Shown here in pieces: positions 50,307 through 60,900 of a DNA stretch of 64,000 nt (position 1 is its first letter; each line of letters opens with the position of its first letter). The DNA is from Candidatus Xenolissoclinum pacificiensis L6 (GTDB lineage Bacteria; Pseudomonadota; Alphaproteobacteria; Rickettsiales; Anaplasmataceae). Where the stretch lies: positions 14,809 through 78,808 of the forward strand of contig AXCJ01000009.1 in NCBI GenBank assembly GCA_000512675.1, read 5' to 3'. A program made the translations under genes and the position numbers. Below the pieces are notes generated by a model that was given only the letters and a program-made list of their open reading frames with translations, was not told the origin of the DNA and ran no database searches.

Positions 50307-52430
50307 TTATATATAAATAAGCTTATCCAGAGCAATTACTTTGCTATATAGCTTATATACCATATGCAATATTCCGATTCGATTATTTGCAACATTACTG
50401 GCATCACAAATAACTTCTATATCATTCATAAATGATTCTAATTTATCTAGTAGCTCACCAGAATAACAGAATAGTATTCCTTGTATATCTCCATTCTTCT
50501 TACAGTTTTTGACATGAGGAGTGTATTTCATGATCACAGAATATAATTCACTTTCCAGCTCCTCCACAAATAATTTTCTACTAACCTTATACTTCTTTTT
50601 CTCATGACTTCTCAACAAATGTACGATTCTTTTAAATACTCCTAGAGTACGTTCTCCTATCTCCGTATTTAAGAATTTATGTATTTCAGAAACAAACAAG
50701 TAATATCTATAGTAATCCTCTCGAAAAACTTCAATTGCACTAAATATCTCTGAATTCAAATTAGGAATAGAAAATAAAATATAGTTTTTTAGTCTCTCAA
50801 ACATGAACTCACTCACAGAACCTACTACATTACCTCTATAGATTTTATCATTTTCTGCATCATGTTTACCAATTTTGCTGACTATATGTCGTTTAAAAAG
50901 ATTATTAGAGGCATAATTCGTAACAGCTTTCGTAATTACCAAATCAAATGGCATACTCAGATGATTCATGAGTAAAGTTCTTATGATGCCCAGTGCATTA
51001 CGCCTCAAACCATAAGGGTCCTTGTTAGCCGTCGGTTCTTTTCCAACCGCAAAAAACCCCACTATATTGTCAATCCTATCAGATATTGCTAAAGTGATTG
51101 CATCAGGATGCTGAGTACACCTTGCGGATGCATTAACCGGATAATAATGCTCTTTTATTGCTGTTCTGACATCTGATGATTCATTAATCGCATACATCGC
51201 CCCTACAAAACCTTTCTTATCTGGAAATTCCTTTACCAGAGATGTTGCAAGATCTGCCTTAGCAAGTTCAGAGGCACGTTCTATCGATAATATTGAGGCA
51301 TCTGGTACCCATACAGAAATGAATTTTGAGAGGGAAATAATGCGATGCTTTTTATCTTCCATATTTCCTAATTTATCATAGAACATCACATGTTTTAAAG
51401 AATCTGAATAATCCTGAAGAGATCGTTTCATATCAGAAAGAATCAAGAAATGCACATCCTCCAACCTAGACTTCAAAACCCTTTCATATCCTTTAACAAC
51501 AGATTTATCATCTATATTAGATACTATCACAAACAACGCAGATAATTCATTGACAGATATATCCTCTAAAGGAATAAAATGCTGGTATTTCGTCATTACT
51601 GTAATTATCAACTCTCTTGGTAAAGTCATAAAATGATCCATAATATTTCCAATAAAAACATACGGATCATCTGTATTAAAAGAAAGTTCTTTAATAACAT
51701 CTTCTGCGCTATTAGATAAAGCATAATGTTGAAAATCAACTACTTCAGAAATCTTCTTATGTATACGATCATATCGCTCACGATGATCTACAACGACACC
51801 ATTATTCGTAAGGCTCTCAAAATAATCATCAACAGATTTGATCTCTATCACTTCCTGTTTTATCAACCTATTACCAAAGGTTCTATTCTCAGCAATAACC
51901 GCATTATATTCAACTGGGATTATCTCTGTATCTAACATACATAACATAGACACTATTGGCCTCACCCAATGATAGGTAGTCTCATCCCTGAGATATCTCA
52001 TTTCCTGTGGCCACTTAATACCCGCCAAAAAAGACTCAGCTATCTGTCGCAATATATTTTTCAGATCATAATTATCAGAGGATAGCCTAAGGAAGTAAAA
52101 CTTCTTACCATTAACACTATCCACATAAACATCTTTTTCAGAATATTCCGAATAATTCTTATTATTATATTTTTTCAGAAAGTTCATCAATATTTCCTTT
52201 GGCAACAAAGCACTTGGCCCCTTAACACTAGTACTCTGATCAAAATCAAGAAATACACCCTGCACATATATTACAAATCGATCACTAGTACACATTATTC
52301 TTAATTCAGAATATTTTATACTACTATTTTGCAAACAATTTTCAAAAGCTCTCTCCAAATCAGATACAATAAACAGTTGAATTTTATATGGTAATGCTTC
52401 AGTCAAACACTCAAATAGAAAATTACCCAT
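50307..52430 (-). CDS. glyS: glycine--tRNA ligase beta subunit
   Basis: 707 aa. Follows glyQ with an 8-nt overlap. Conserved DPYGLRR-type motif (KDPYGLRRNALGIIR). Confidence 0.93.
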   Translation of the reverse strand: MGNFLFECLTEALPYKIQLFIVSDLERAFENCLQNSSIKYSELRIMCTSDRFVIYVQGVFLDFDQSTSVKGPSALLPKEILMNFLKKYNNKNYSEYSEKDVYVDSVNGKKFYFLRLSSDNYDLKNILRQIAESFLAGIKWPQEMRYLRDETTYHWVRPIVSMLCMLDTEIIPVEYNAVIAENRTFGNRLIKQEVIEIKSVDDYFESLTNNGVVVDHRERYDRIHKKISEVVDFQHYALSNSAEDVIKELSFNTDDPYVFIGNIMDHFMTLPRELIITVMTKYQHFIPLEDISVNELSALFVIVSNIDDKSVVKGYERVLKSRLEDVHFLILSDMKRSLQDYSDSLKHVMFYDKLGNMEDKKHRIISLSKFISVWVPDASILSIERASELAKADLATSLVKEFPDKKGFVGAMYAINESSDVRTAIKEHYYPVNASARCTQHPDAITLAISDRIDNIVGFFAVGKEPTANKDPYGLRRNALGIIRTLLMNHLSMPFDLVITKAVTNYASNNLFKRHIVSKIGKHDAENDKIYRGNVVGSVSEFMFERLKNYILFSIPNLNSEIFSAIEVFREDYYRYYLFVSEIHKFLNTEIGERTLGVFKRIVHLLRSHEKKKYKVSRKLFVEELESELYSVIMKYTPHVKNCKKNGDIQGILFCYSGELLDKLESFMNDIEVICDASNVANNRIGILHMVYKLYSKVIALDKLIYI

Positions 52431-53286
52431 TATTACCTCGTGTCAAAAATTCTTTATATAACTTCAAGCAATCTACAATATTATTACGTATCAGGAAGAT
52501 AAATTCTGCCTTTTCTGCATTGCTAATATAACCCCTAGACTCTAAAAAATTCAAGCAATGACTTTGTTTTAATGCAAAATCATAAGCTACCATATAATGC
52601 TTTTCCCCTAAAAGATGGGTTATCTGTTGTTGAAACAACGAGATTTGCTCTAGCAGATACTCCCTCGAATATACATTAAAAGCTACTTCTCCGAAATGTT
52701 TTTCATACATACCGTATATCTCCCCGTACGTAGTACCAAAACTATCGTATTGAATATGATAAACATCATCTATATCTTGCAAACACATAGCAAGTCTTTC
52801 CAAACCATATGCGATCTCGAAAGGCACTAACTTGCACTGCATAGTCCCTAACTGTTGCATATAGGTCAACTGTGTGATTTCCATCCCATCGTACCATACT
52901 TCCCAACCAACACCATAAGCTCCAATACTTGGATGCTCCCAATTATCATTTATTAATCTTATATCATGCTTTTTAGTATTCATACCAAGATACCTTAGGC
53001 TATCAAAGTATAATTGCTTGACATTTTCTGGAGGAGGAGCAATCAAGACCTGATACTGAGTGTGACGATACAATCTATTCGAAGTACATCCTGTACGACC
53101 ATCCGTAGGCCTAATAACTGGTTGCACATATGAAATTCTTGTCTCTATTCCTCTTAACCCACCAAAAACTGTTGCAGGGTGTAAGGTTGCAGCCCCTAAT
53201 TCTGTTGTATAAGGACAAACTACAGTACATCCATTAGACTGCCAAAATTGATCTAATTTATGGATTATTTCCTGTAATGTAATCAT
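52423..53286 (-). CDS. glyQ: glycine--tRNA ligase alpha subunit
   Basis: Highly conserved strings FWQSNGC, LHPATVF, VQPVIRPTDGR, GVGWEVWYDGMEITQLTYMQQ, AYGLERLAMCLQ. Confidence 0.96.
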   Translation of the reverse strand: MITLQEIIHKLDQFWQSNGCTVVCPYTTELGAATLHPATVFGGLRGIETRISYVQPVIRPTDGRTGCTSNRLYRHTQYQVLIAPPPENVKQLYFDSLRYLGMNTKKHDIRLINDNWEHPSIGAYGVGWEVWYDGMEITQLTYMQQLGTMQCKLVPFEIAYGLERLAMCLQDIDDVYHIQYDSFGTTYGEIYGMYEKHFGEVAFNVYSREYLLEQISLFQQQITHLLGEKHYMVAYDFALKQSHCLNFLESRGYISNAEKAEFIFLIRNNIVDCLKLYKEFLTRGNNG

Positions 53287-53366
53287 ATCTAAACACTGAA
53301 GTAAAACTATTTACATGATATGCCATAAACAATAAAAAACATACCCAATATTCAAAAAATCATCAA

Positions 53367-54779
53367 CTATACACCTTTCAGAATTGTAGATATCAGCTCT
53401 TGTATAGTAGGAATTTTATCTTTATACAAATCATCTTGCCCAAACCTATAAGCCTGATGTCCTGAGAACATCAGTTCTTCATCTATTGACCCTCTTCCTG
53501 AAATAATTCTAAATAAAGTCTTGGATATGCAAAAACTTCTAGGATCTGGTCTTTTCCCTGTAGTATATCCTGTCTCCTCCTTATCACACCAGTTACTAAA
53601 TTTACATGCTGATAAACAACCAATACAATCTATTTGATCCTGACGTATGCAAAGAGACTTTTCACGATCTACAAAAATGATAGTATCTGAAGGTGTCTTA
53701 AGCACCACATCAAATCCTTCTTTAAACCAATAGGTTGCTTTCGAAATATCGTCCTTTTTAAGAAACAAAATGCGATTCCTCCTTTTAGAATACTCAAAAG
53801 GCTCCGAAAAGATCTCATCCTGAGTACCTGAGTAATCAAGTTGCCTGCTAGAACGATCTTCAAGTTCTCGTAAAAAAGAATTACGCACAGCCGAAGAGTA
53901 AAATCCTGTCGGACTGTAACGATGCAACACAATATCACCTTCTTTCAACTCCATCAAACGCTTCTTCCACTCATTAGATATGGGACTCTCTTGAGTCAGC
54001 AAAGGTCTAGTGCCAAACTGAAAAGCTACAACCCCTATTTCTGGATTATCTATATAATGTTTCCATTCATTCAACGCCCAAACCCCTCCAGCGATAATAA
54101 TAGGAGTTTTCTCTAATCCAACCTCATTCATGAAAGTTCTAATATCTTTCACTCTGTAATACGGATCAATTGGTTTATTAGGGTCTTCTTTATTGCTTAA
54201 ACCATTATGACCACCAGCAAGCCATGGATCTTCGTACACAACTCCTCCCAAAAATTTCACATATCTCTTATATGATCTTTGCCAAAGAATTTTAAATGCA
54301 CGTACAGAAGAAACAATCGGATAATAATACACACCAAACCTAGAGGCCAACTCTCCCAGAGCATAAGGCAAGCCTGCTCCACTAGTAACACCATTTATTT
54401 TAGGTGAAACTTCTTCAAGTATAGCTTCTAATGTTTTATAGGTCGATGTCTCTTCCCATAGTATGTTGATATGTATACATCCACTACCACGGGATATATC
54501 ATAAGCTTTTCGAACCTGTGCTATAGCATTCTTAATGCTTTTTTTTACAAGATCAACATTTCTATCTCTGCGAGTATTTCCAACCGGATTGACAGGTATT
54601 TTATGCCCATCTGAATCTACTGTAGTAGGAAATACCGCAGACAAAGTACCAACAGCTCCGTACTTTGCAAAATGCCCTGCAGTCACCCCATCACTCACCG
54701 ACACACCTTTTCCACCTTCTATGATTGGCCAAACCAGCTTGCCAGATATATTTAACTTCTTAACTATAGACAAAGTCAC
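53367..54779 (-). CDS. nitronate monooxygenase (2-nitropropane dioxygenase) family flavoprotein
   Basis: WPIIEGGKGVSVS near the N-terminus, GVTSGAGLP and IIAGGVWA motifs. The track ORF extends to 54935. I place the start at GTG 54779 (VTLSIVKKLNISGK...) because the extension lacks family similarity and would overlap the divergent mrpE-like gene. Confidence 0.75.
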   Translation of the reverse strand: MTLSIVKKLNISGKLVWPIIEGGKGVSVSDGVTAGHFAKYGAVGTLSAVFPTTVDSDGHKIPVNPVGNTRRDRNVDLVKKSIKNAIAQVRKAYDISRGSGCIHINILWEETSTYKTLEAILEEVSPKINGVTSGAGLPYALGELASRFGVYYYPIVSSVRAFKILWQRSYKRYVKFLGGVVYEDPWLAGGHNGLSNKEDPNKPIDPYYRVKDIRTFMNEVGLEKTPIIIAGGVWALNEWKHYIDNPEIGVVAFQFGTRPLLTQESPISNEWKKRLMELKEGDIVLHRYSPTGFYSSAVRNSFLRELEDRSSRQLDYSGTQDEIFSEPFEYSKRRNRILFLKKDDISKATYWFKEGFDVVLKTPSDTIIFVDREKSLCIRQDQIDCIGCLSACKFSNWCDKEETGYTTGKRPDPRSFCISKTLFRIISGRGSIDEELMFSGHQAYRFGQDDLYKDKIPTIQELISTILKGV

Positions 54780-54846
54780 TACCTTTTTAATTAAAAATAA
54801 ATATGCTATCGTATTATATTGTATTATATTATTGCTCGTAAAACAA

Positions 54847-55287
54847 ATGACAATTTTCCTTGCTTTGTCTTGGGTCATCGTGTCTGGTACAGTAGATAGG
54901 TATACCATAGTAGGAATTGTATGTTCTCTGATCATCTCTACGTGTATGAAACATTATAATCTGTCATGGAATGTTAATCTATTCAAAATAAAATACCTGG
55001 AAAAAATTAAGTTTTTTGCGTCTATTCTGTACAGTTTCCTTGCATCCACTGTACAAGTTTTGTCTTGTATTTGGGGAATATCCTCAATATCTCCAGCATT
55101 TATGAGAATTAATTTTTCCTCTTCGAACAATATGAAAACAGCTATTTTTAACAATCTGATTACATTCACACCAGGCACCACTTCTATAATGAATGATAAA
55201 GATGTGGTCAATGTGCATCTATTACAGAAAAAAAATAAAAATGGTGTATATCTACTTTCAGAATTAGTTATCAAAACATTTACGTAA
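54847..55287 (+). CDS. monovalent cation/H+ antiporter subunit E-like (MnhE/MrpE)
   Basis: 146-aa reading frame from ATG 54847 inside track ORF 54535..55287. Hydrophobic N-terminus MTIFLALSWVIVSG and the signature NLITFTPGTTSIMNDKDVVNVHLL (compare the ITLTPGT motif of MnhE). Confidence 0.6.
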   Translation: MTIFLALSWVIVSGTVDRYTIVGIVCSLIISTCMKHYNLSWNVNLFKIKYLEKIKFFASILYSFLASTVQVLSCIWGISSISPAFMRINFSSSNNMKTAIFNNLITFTPGTTSIMNDKDVVNVHLLQKKNKNGVYLLSELVIKTFT

Positions 55288-55288
55288 A

Positions 55289-56665
55289 ATGTCATTTTTA
55301 GGAAGATTTGCTCCAAGCCCAACGGGATTATTACATGTAGGTAATGCAAGAACAGCACTGTTGAACTTTTTACATATGAAATCCATCGGTGGTGATTTTT
55401 TATTAAGAATCGATAATACAGACTCGACACGTTCTAAACAAGAGTATATAGGCAACATAAAATCTGATCTACAATGGTTAAACATAAACTGGAAATTCGA
55501 GTTCTCACAGTCAGATAGAACTTCAAGATACGATGAAATCTTTAACCAATTATTAGCGGAAGGTAAGATATATCCTTGTTTTGAAACTCCAGAAGAACTA
55601 CAAATTAAATCATCTCTTATGTTAAAAATGAAGAAACCACCAATATATGATAGGGCTTCATTAAAATTATCTACAGAAGAAATAGATATACTGCTAAATT
55701 CTGGAAAAAAACCCCATTATCGTTTTCTATTAGATCGAGTTACAGAAACTTGGAATGATGGTGTTCATAACGACATTTCCATTGATCTATCTCATACAAG
55801 TGATCCTGTGCTCAAGAGAACAAATGGTCAGTATACTTATATGTTGCCTTCTACAATAGATGATTTAGATTACAAAATAACACACATTATTAGAGGAGAT
55901 GATCATATAGTCAATACTGCTATACAAATACAGATCATACGGGCAATTCTACGTGATGCATCAATCCCTATCTTCTCTCATGTTCCTTTGATGCTATTTA
56001 AAGAAGGAAAAAAATTATCCAAAAGAAATACGGATATAAGCTTAGAACAGATTAGAAATAAATATTCGCAAGATCCAATGGTACTCTCTTCATACCTAGC
56101 GTTATTAGGTTCTACAAATAACATAAAATATCACTCCTCACTTGAAGATATTGCAACAAAATTTAACCTAAACAACTGCTCTGTTGCAACACCTGTATTT
56201 GATATAAATAAAATTGTCCAACTCAATACTTACAGCATTAGACAGCTTGATGATATAGCAATTAATCGCCTGTTATCTCCAAATTTAGAAATTACCCCAG
56301 AATACTGGAACACAATACGAAACAACATATCAAATATACAAGAAGTAAGAGAATGGTGGTACATATTTACAGAACAAATAACTATACCAAATAATATAAT
56401 TTCAACAATTAATAAAGATATAATTGACAATGCTGTTCTCTTTTTACCCAACTCATTCTCTCCACAAGATATAAAAAAGTGGAGTACCCAAATACTCAGT
56501 AATTCAATGAGTTGTTCTCCTCGTGATGTGTTTAAAAACCTGCGATTATCATTAACAGGACTTGATTATGGTCCCGAGCTTACCACAATATGTTCATTCC
56601 TTACACATGATAAAGTTAAAAATAGATTGATGTATGTAATCGACAAATTATCCAAAATCATATGA
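55289..56665 (+). CDS. gltX: glutamate--tRNA ligase
   Basis: RFAPSPTGLLHVGNARTAL (HIGH region), KLSKR (KMSKS region), class I catalytic core; 458 aa. Confidence 0.93.
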   Translation: MSFLGRFAPSPTGLLHVGNARTALLNFLHMKSIGGDFLLRIDNTDSTRSKQEYIGNIKSDLQWLNINWKFEFSQSDRTSRYDEIFNQLLAEGKIYPCFETPEELQIKSSLMLKMKKPPIYDRASLKLSTEEIDILLNSGKKPHYRFLLDRVTETWNDGVHNDISIDLSHTSDPVLKRTNGQYTYMLPSTIDDLDYKITHIIRGDDHIVNTAIQIQIIRAILRDASIPIFSHVPLMLFKEGKKLSKRNTDISLEQIRNKYSQDPMVLSSYLALLGSTNNIKYHSSLEDIATKFNLNNCSVATPVFDINKIVQLNTYSIRQLDDIAINRLLSPNLEITPEYWNTIRNNISNIQEVREWWYIFTEQITIPNNIISTINKDIIDNAVLFLPNSFSPQDIKKWSTQILSNSMSCSPRDVFKNLRLSLTGLDYGPELTTICSFLTHDKVKNRLMYVIDKLSKII

Positions 56666-56959
56666 TCTATTTCATCAAATTATCAATCGAAGGGATCAAT
56701 GAAATTAATGATTCAACATTCTAAAGTGTAAGTAGATTCTGGTAATAATCATAATATAATACAAGACAATTCCATGATTTAGATTATAAGCCTAAGTATG
56801 ATGCTCAATTGGTCATCGTATTGCGACTCGTATTCTGTTGTATCAGTATCGTTTCACAAATAACTACATGACTAGTCAGTATTTTTACTCTTTGCTCACA
56901 AAAAATCTCGACATTGACGATTAAATATAGACAAGGGCAGATGCATTTGTTAGAAAGGA

Positions 56960-57665
56960 AACAACAGATATGCTAAGGTGCGATATGGAAGGAAATTGCA
57001 AGCGTTGCGGAAGTAAAAAAGCATCAAGAATGTATTGGCACGAGGCAAATAAAGAGACAAATGAAAAGTATACAAATATAACTATATAGAAGGAGACGCA
57101 AGGATAAAGTATAGAGGATCAGAGAGATTGAAAGTAATCAAGTTATATTGAGAGAATTGTGGGATTAGGACAATAGAAAGACTTACAGGGATACATAACT
57201 AAACTGACATCTATCTGAATTGAAAAAACAGCAAAGCAAATCAAGTTATACCTGGAAAGAGCCAAAAATAGAATCAGGGGAATGCAGGATATAGAGATTT
57301 GAGAAATTGATCAATTATATACATATAAAAAAATACCAAAGAATGGAGGACAGGCAATATACATATGAATTAATGTTAATCGATAGTCAAGTAAAGTTAT
57401 TGACTTCGAAGTAGGATATAGATGTCGGTATACCTATAGTAAATTGGTATCAGACTACATAAAAGATATCGGATAAAATATTTATGTACAAATTACGGAG
57501 TTTATAAGTGTTATACAATATCCAAAGTTCATTATATTACAAACTCTGAAACCTCTATGGTAGAATCTAAAAATTCTCTCATTCGCCATTATCTTACTTG
57601 TTTTAATAGAAAAACCACACGATGAAGTATAGCGAAAACTTGTAGCAAGAACAGTTGATGTCTAG
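56960..57665 (+). mobile_element. IS1-family transposase relic
   Basis: The stop-riddled frame reads CKRCGSKKAS (zinc finger)...IEI.EIDQLYTYKKIPKN...VIDFEVGYRC...YVQITEFISVIQYPKF...LSFAIILLVLIEKPHDE. The order matches the IS1 InsAB pattern (DEMWSF, TD.W..Y, R.RKT..FSK). Boundaries approximate. Confidence 0.5.
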
Positions 57666-57855
57666 GACATTTTCGAAGATTATCTAAGATTATGAAATTA
57701 CCGTAAATTCTACAAAAAACAATATCATGATTGCTCATTCTATTCCTCTGCTTTCTAGATTATAATAATTCTGAATACAGCAATGCATAAAATATTATAA
57801 GCAATCTTGAGTGTATGTATTTTTTATATTAACATTTCTGAAACACTATATCACA

Positions 57856-58953
57856 ATGCAAAAACAACTATCCAATACAAGAATATATGCCGACTGTAAT
57901 GCCACTGTACCAATGTTAGCAAGTGTACGCGAAAGTATAAAAAATGACTTTTTCAATCCTTCAACTTTATATCAAGAAGGACGAAATGCTCGAGAAAGAC
58001 TTAATAACGCAAGACAGATGGTACGCAACTTCTTAGGTCAAAATTATAATATTGTGTTTACTGCATCTGTGACAGAAGCTCACAACATGCTGGCACATAA
58101 TTTTAATCACGGCATAACTATCATATCAAGTATCGAACATCCTTCAATCACAAACACTCTTTCTAAAGCTTTCTTATTGGAAGTAAATCAGTCAGGTATT
58201 ATCAGTCACAACACTCTGGAAGATCTCTTAATTAAATATCAGAAACATATTCCGTTTGTCTCAATTATGTTAGCAAATCACGAAATAGGAGTAATCCAAA
58301 ATATCTCTTCTTTATCAAAATTAGTAAAAAAATATGGTGGTATAATGCACAGTGATATCACTCAAATGATTGGTAAATATCCATTTGATACATCAATATT
58401 GGATCATGTTGACTGTGTAACCTTTGCAGGACACAAAATAGGAGCTGGATTCGGAGCTGCTGTATTGGCATATCGTAAGCACATCAAACTCTCTTCTCTT
58501 CTCTTAGGAGGAATGCAAGAAAACGGACAGAGATCAGGTACAGAAAACCTATTTGCTATCAATGGGATACGCTTAGCATTACTTGAAATCATGCAGAAAA
58601 ATCATACCATACAAGCAATAAAGGCTGTAAGAGACTATTTAGAAAAAAAAATACTAGAAACGAATAAAAATGCCATTATTGTTTCATCACAAGAACTGAG
58701 AATTTACAATACCAGTTGTATAATTCACCCTGAAATCTCTGGAGAAGAACAAATGATGATGTTTGATATAAATGGTATTGCAGTCGGCACAGGATCTGCT
58801 TGTTCCTCTGGACGAATCACCACTTCAAAAGTAATTAAAGCATTAGGGTTTTCAGATAAAATAGCAAAAAATATGATACGTATTAGCATAGATGAAAAGG
58901 TTCAAAAAAACCATATTGATAAGATCATCAAAGTATGGCAAGAAATGACATAA
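57856..58953 (+). CDS. cysteine desulfurase (NifS/IscS-like, class V aminotransferase)
   Basis: SSIEHPS, HSDITQ, PLP-lysine context FAGHKIGAGFG, active-site Cys loop GTGSACSSG. The ATG at 57856 is preferred over the GTG at 57811. Confidence 0.85.
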   Translation: MQKQLSNTRIYADCNATVPMLASVRESIKNDFFNPSTLYQEGRNARERLNNARQMVRNFLGQNYNIVFTASVTEAHNMLAHNFNHGITIISSIEHPSITNTLSKAFLLEVNQSGIISHNTLEDLLIKYQKHIPFVSIMLANHEIGVIQNISSLSKLVKKYGGIMHSDITQMIGKYPFDTSILDHVDCVTFAGHKIGAGFGAAVLAYRKHIKLSSLLLGGMQENGQRSGTENLFAINGIRLALLEIMQKNHTIQAIKAVRDYLEKKILETNKNAIIVSSQELRIYNTSCIIHPEISGEEQMMMFDINGIAVGTGSACSSGRITTSKVIKALGFSDKIAKNMIRISIDEKVQKNHIDKIIKVWQEMT

Positions 58954-58998
58954 CCATTTCATCTCTATATTCTCTCGGATCTTTATGCATCCTCCTTA

Positions 58999-59766
58999 GG
59001 CACTGTTAACAAAGGTGATATTTAATACAGGTAAAAGCAATGAAAGATAGAAAAGATAAGTCTGATTTTTCAAATCGTAAAGATCAACGTCTATTTTCCT
59101 TAAGTTTAGTGCAGAAATTTTCTATTTTAGACCGGAATTTGAATATATGTTTGTTATATATAATGGGTTTAATACGATTTTTGCTATATCACAGGAACAT
59201 TGCATAGTTCTTGGAGTTTTTTGCTATGTTTATCACTATCATACCCTTTCTCTTCTACTACATTTTTGTCAGTTCACTGGCAAAACTAATATATACCTTA
59301 TTCCCACCAGTTAGAAAACTCTCTATGACTTTAAAGTCTGGTGTTATAGCTAAATGTAGTTTTAATCCCGATATTCTTCTTCCTTTTAACTTCTTCCATG
59401 CGGTAAATGCTCTAGATCACTATATTGACTCTTAAATCCTTGTTATTTTGTAAAATAGATACTATATTCTACCATATATTCTTTTCATCCTCTCTTTGGA
59501 ATCTCATATATATACTGTGCCAATTACCATAGCATACAAACAAGTATCTCCATGGTAGTCCCTTTCTTAATACATATCATATTGCACAGAATACTTGATA
59601 ATGACTAATGATCGGTGGTCGTACTTTCCAGATGTAACTCTTTTTGATGATTGGCAATATCATCTCATCAAATTTTTCAATCGGGTATAATCTTCTATCT
59701 ATCATTTCTTATATGTTATTTGTTACATGCTTTCTAAACTAAGTTTACTCCTTTGTTAACAGTGAC
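58999..59766 (-). mobile_element. IS-D: complete-length IS5-family element, transposase inactivated
   Basis: IRs ggcactgttaacaaaggtg (58999-59017) and ctcctttgttaacagtgac (59748-59766), flanked by TA. Minus-strand frames give an N-terminal DUF4096-like part and EEKGYDSDKHSKKL...(DDE region), both broken by stops. Confidence 0.75.
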
Positions 59767-59789
59767 TAAGAGAACCTTGTGCCCTAAAA

Positions 59790-60900
59790 AATATTCAAAA
59801 TTTCTCTATCCCGTTATGTTAATCACATCGCCACTCCCCACCACAACACTAGTAATAGAGAAGTTACATGCAATAACACACCAACTTCTTTGTCACCACT
59901 CTGACTATCGACATAATTACTTGTAAGACCAGCTATAGTCTTATCCAATACATATACTATCACCTCTTTATAACGGGCGTTCAAAGAATATAACCCACCA
60001 TTCAATTACCACGTTTTCATCATCGAAAATATCCCACTTCATAGAAAAATATCTCCACCGTATGGAACTGAGCTCCTTTAAACATCCATAGTCAACTCAC
60101 CTGGAGAACCTTAGCGCCACTTCTAATATTCTCTACATGAAGTGTATCTACTAGATTCTCAACAAACACACAATCTAATATTTTACCTATTGTAATTTTT
60201 GCTCCATGCCCTTTAAGGATTACCGAAGAATTTTTTGATATCTCACCAATATTCACCACACCAAGCTCGAACTCAATATTACTTCTTTGTACCATTTTCG
60301 CTACAAATATACCATATGATAATTTGAATCTATAACCTTCTCACAAGAAGTAAATAACCATCTTGTTTAAGACTTGTCTTCCTTTTGATCCCTACAAGTT
60401 GACCCTGATATCAACCTTCTGGCAAAATATCCCCTTTCAACACATCAAGAACTGACCTTACTATTAAGCTACTCCCATCCATTATCGCAACAGAGCTCTT
60501 CATGATATTATAAGTAGATAAATCCGGGTATTATACCAATCTTGCTACGCTATATATTCCCTCAACATCTGAGACATCCTGTGTTTAGATTAATAATACG
60601 GTCCGAACCTTAGCTACAATATTTGCGAGATTGAGAGAGATTTTACATCCAATGATCATATTTGCAACAATATTTCTTTCCTCATGAACAGCAAAATTAA
60701 TATTTACAGTATTACCCTTTCCATCCACCTAAATATACTAACCTGATCATCATTTTTTTCTGCTGATTGTCCTGATAATGTACTTGTAAGCACTACATCA
60801 GAACCCGAATTCTGAACATTATTGCTATCAGATGAGACCAATATATCATTGCAAGCATAAGGCAGACTAATATTCTTATACAATACTAGATCCTTACTTT
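59790..60900 (-). pseudogene. fragmented gene for a beta-helix-like (repetitive Gly/Val/Ile/Asn) protein
   Basis: The minus-strand translation reads in shifting frames: LPYACNDILVSSDSNNVQNSGSDVVLTSTLSGQ..., VDGKGNTVNINFAVHEERNIVANMIIGCKISLNLANIVAKV..., then track ORFs 60092..60295 and 59823..60005. Several stops and frameshifts. It abuts IS-D. Confidence 0.3.

Noticed and set aside
54535-54846. N-terminal ~100 codons of track ORF 54535..55287
   Set aside because: Antisense to the well-supported NMO-family gene, with no family similarity. Only the part from ATG 54847 looks like a real MnhE-like gene.
54954-55485. Minus-strand track ORFs 54954..55430 and 55264..55485
   Set aside because: Antisense shadows of the mrpE-like gene and of the gltX 5' end. 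Low-complexity hydrophobic translations.
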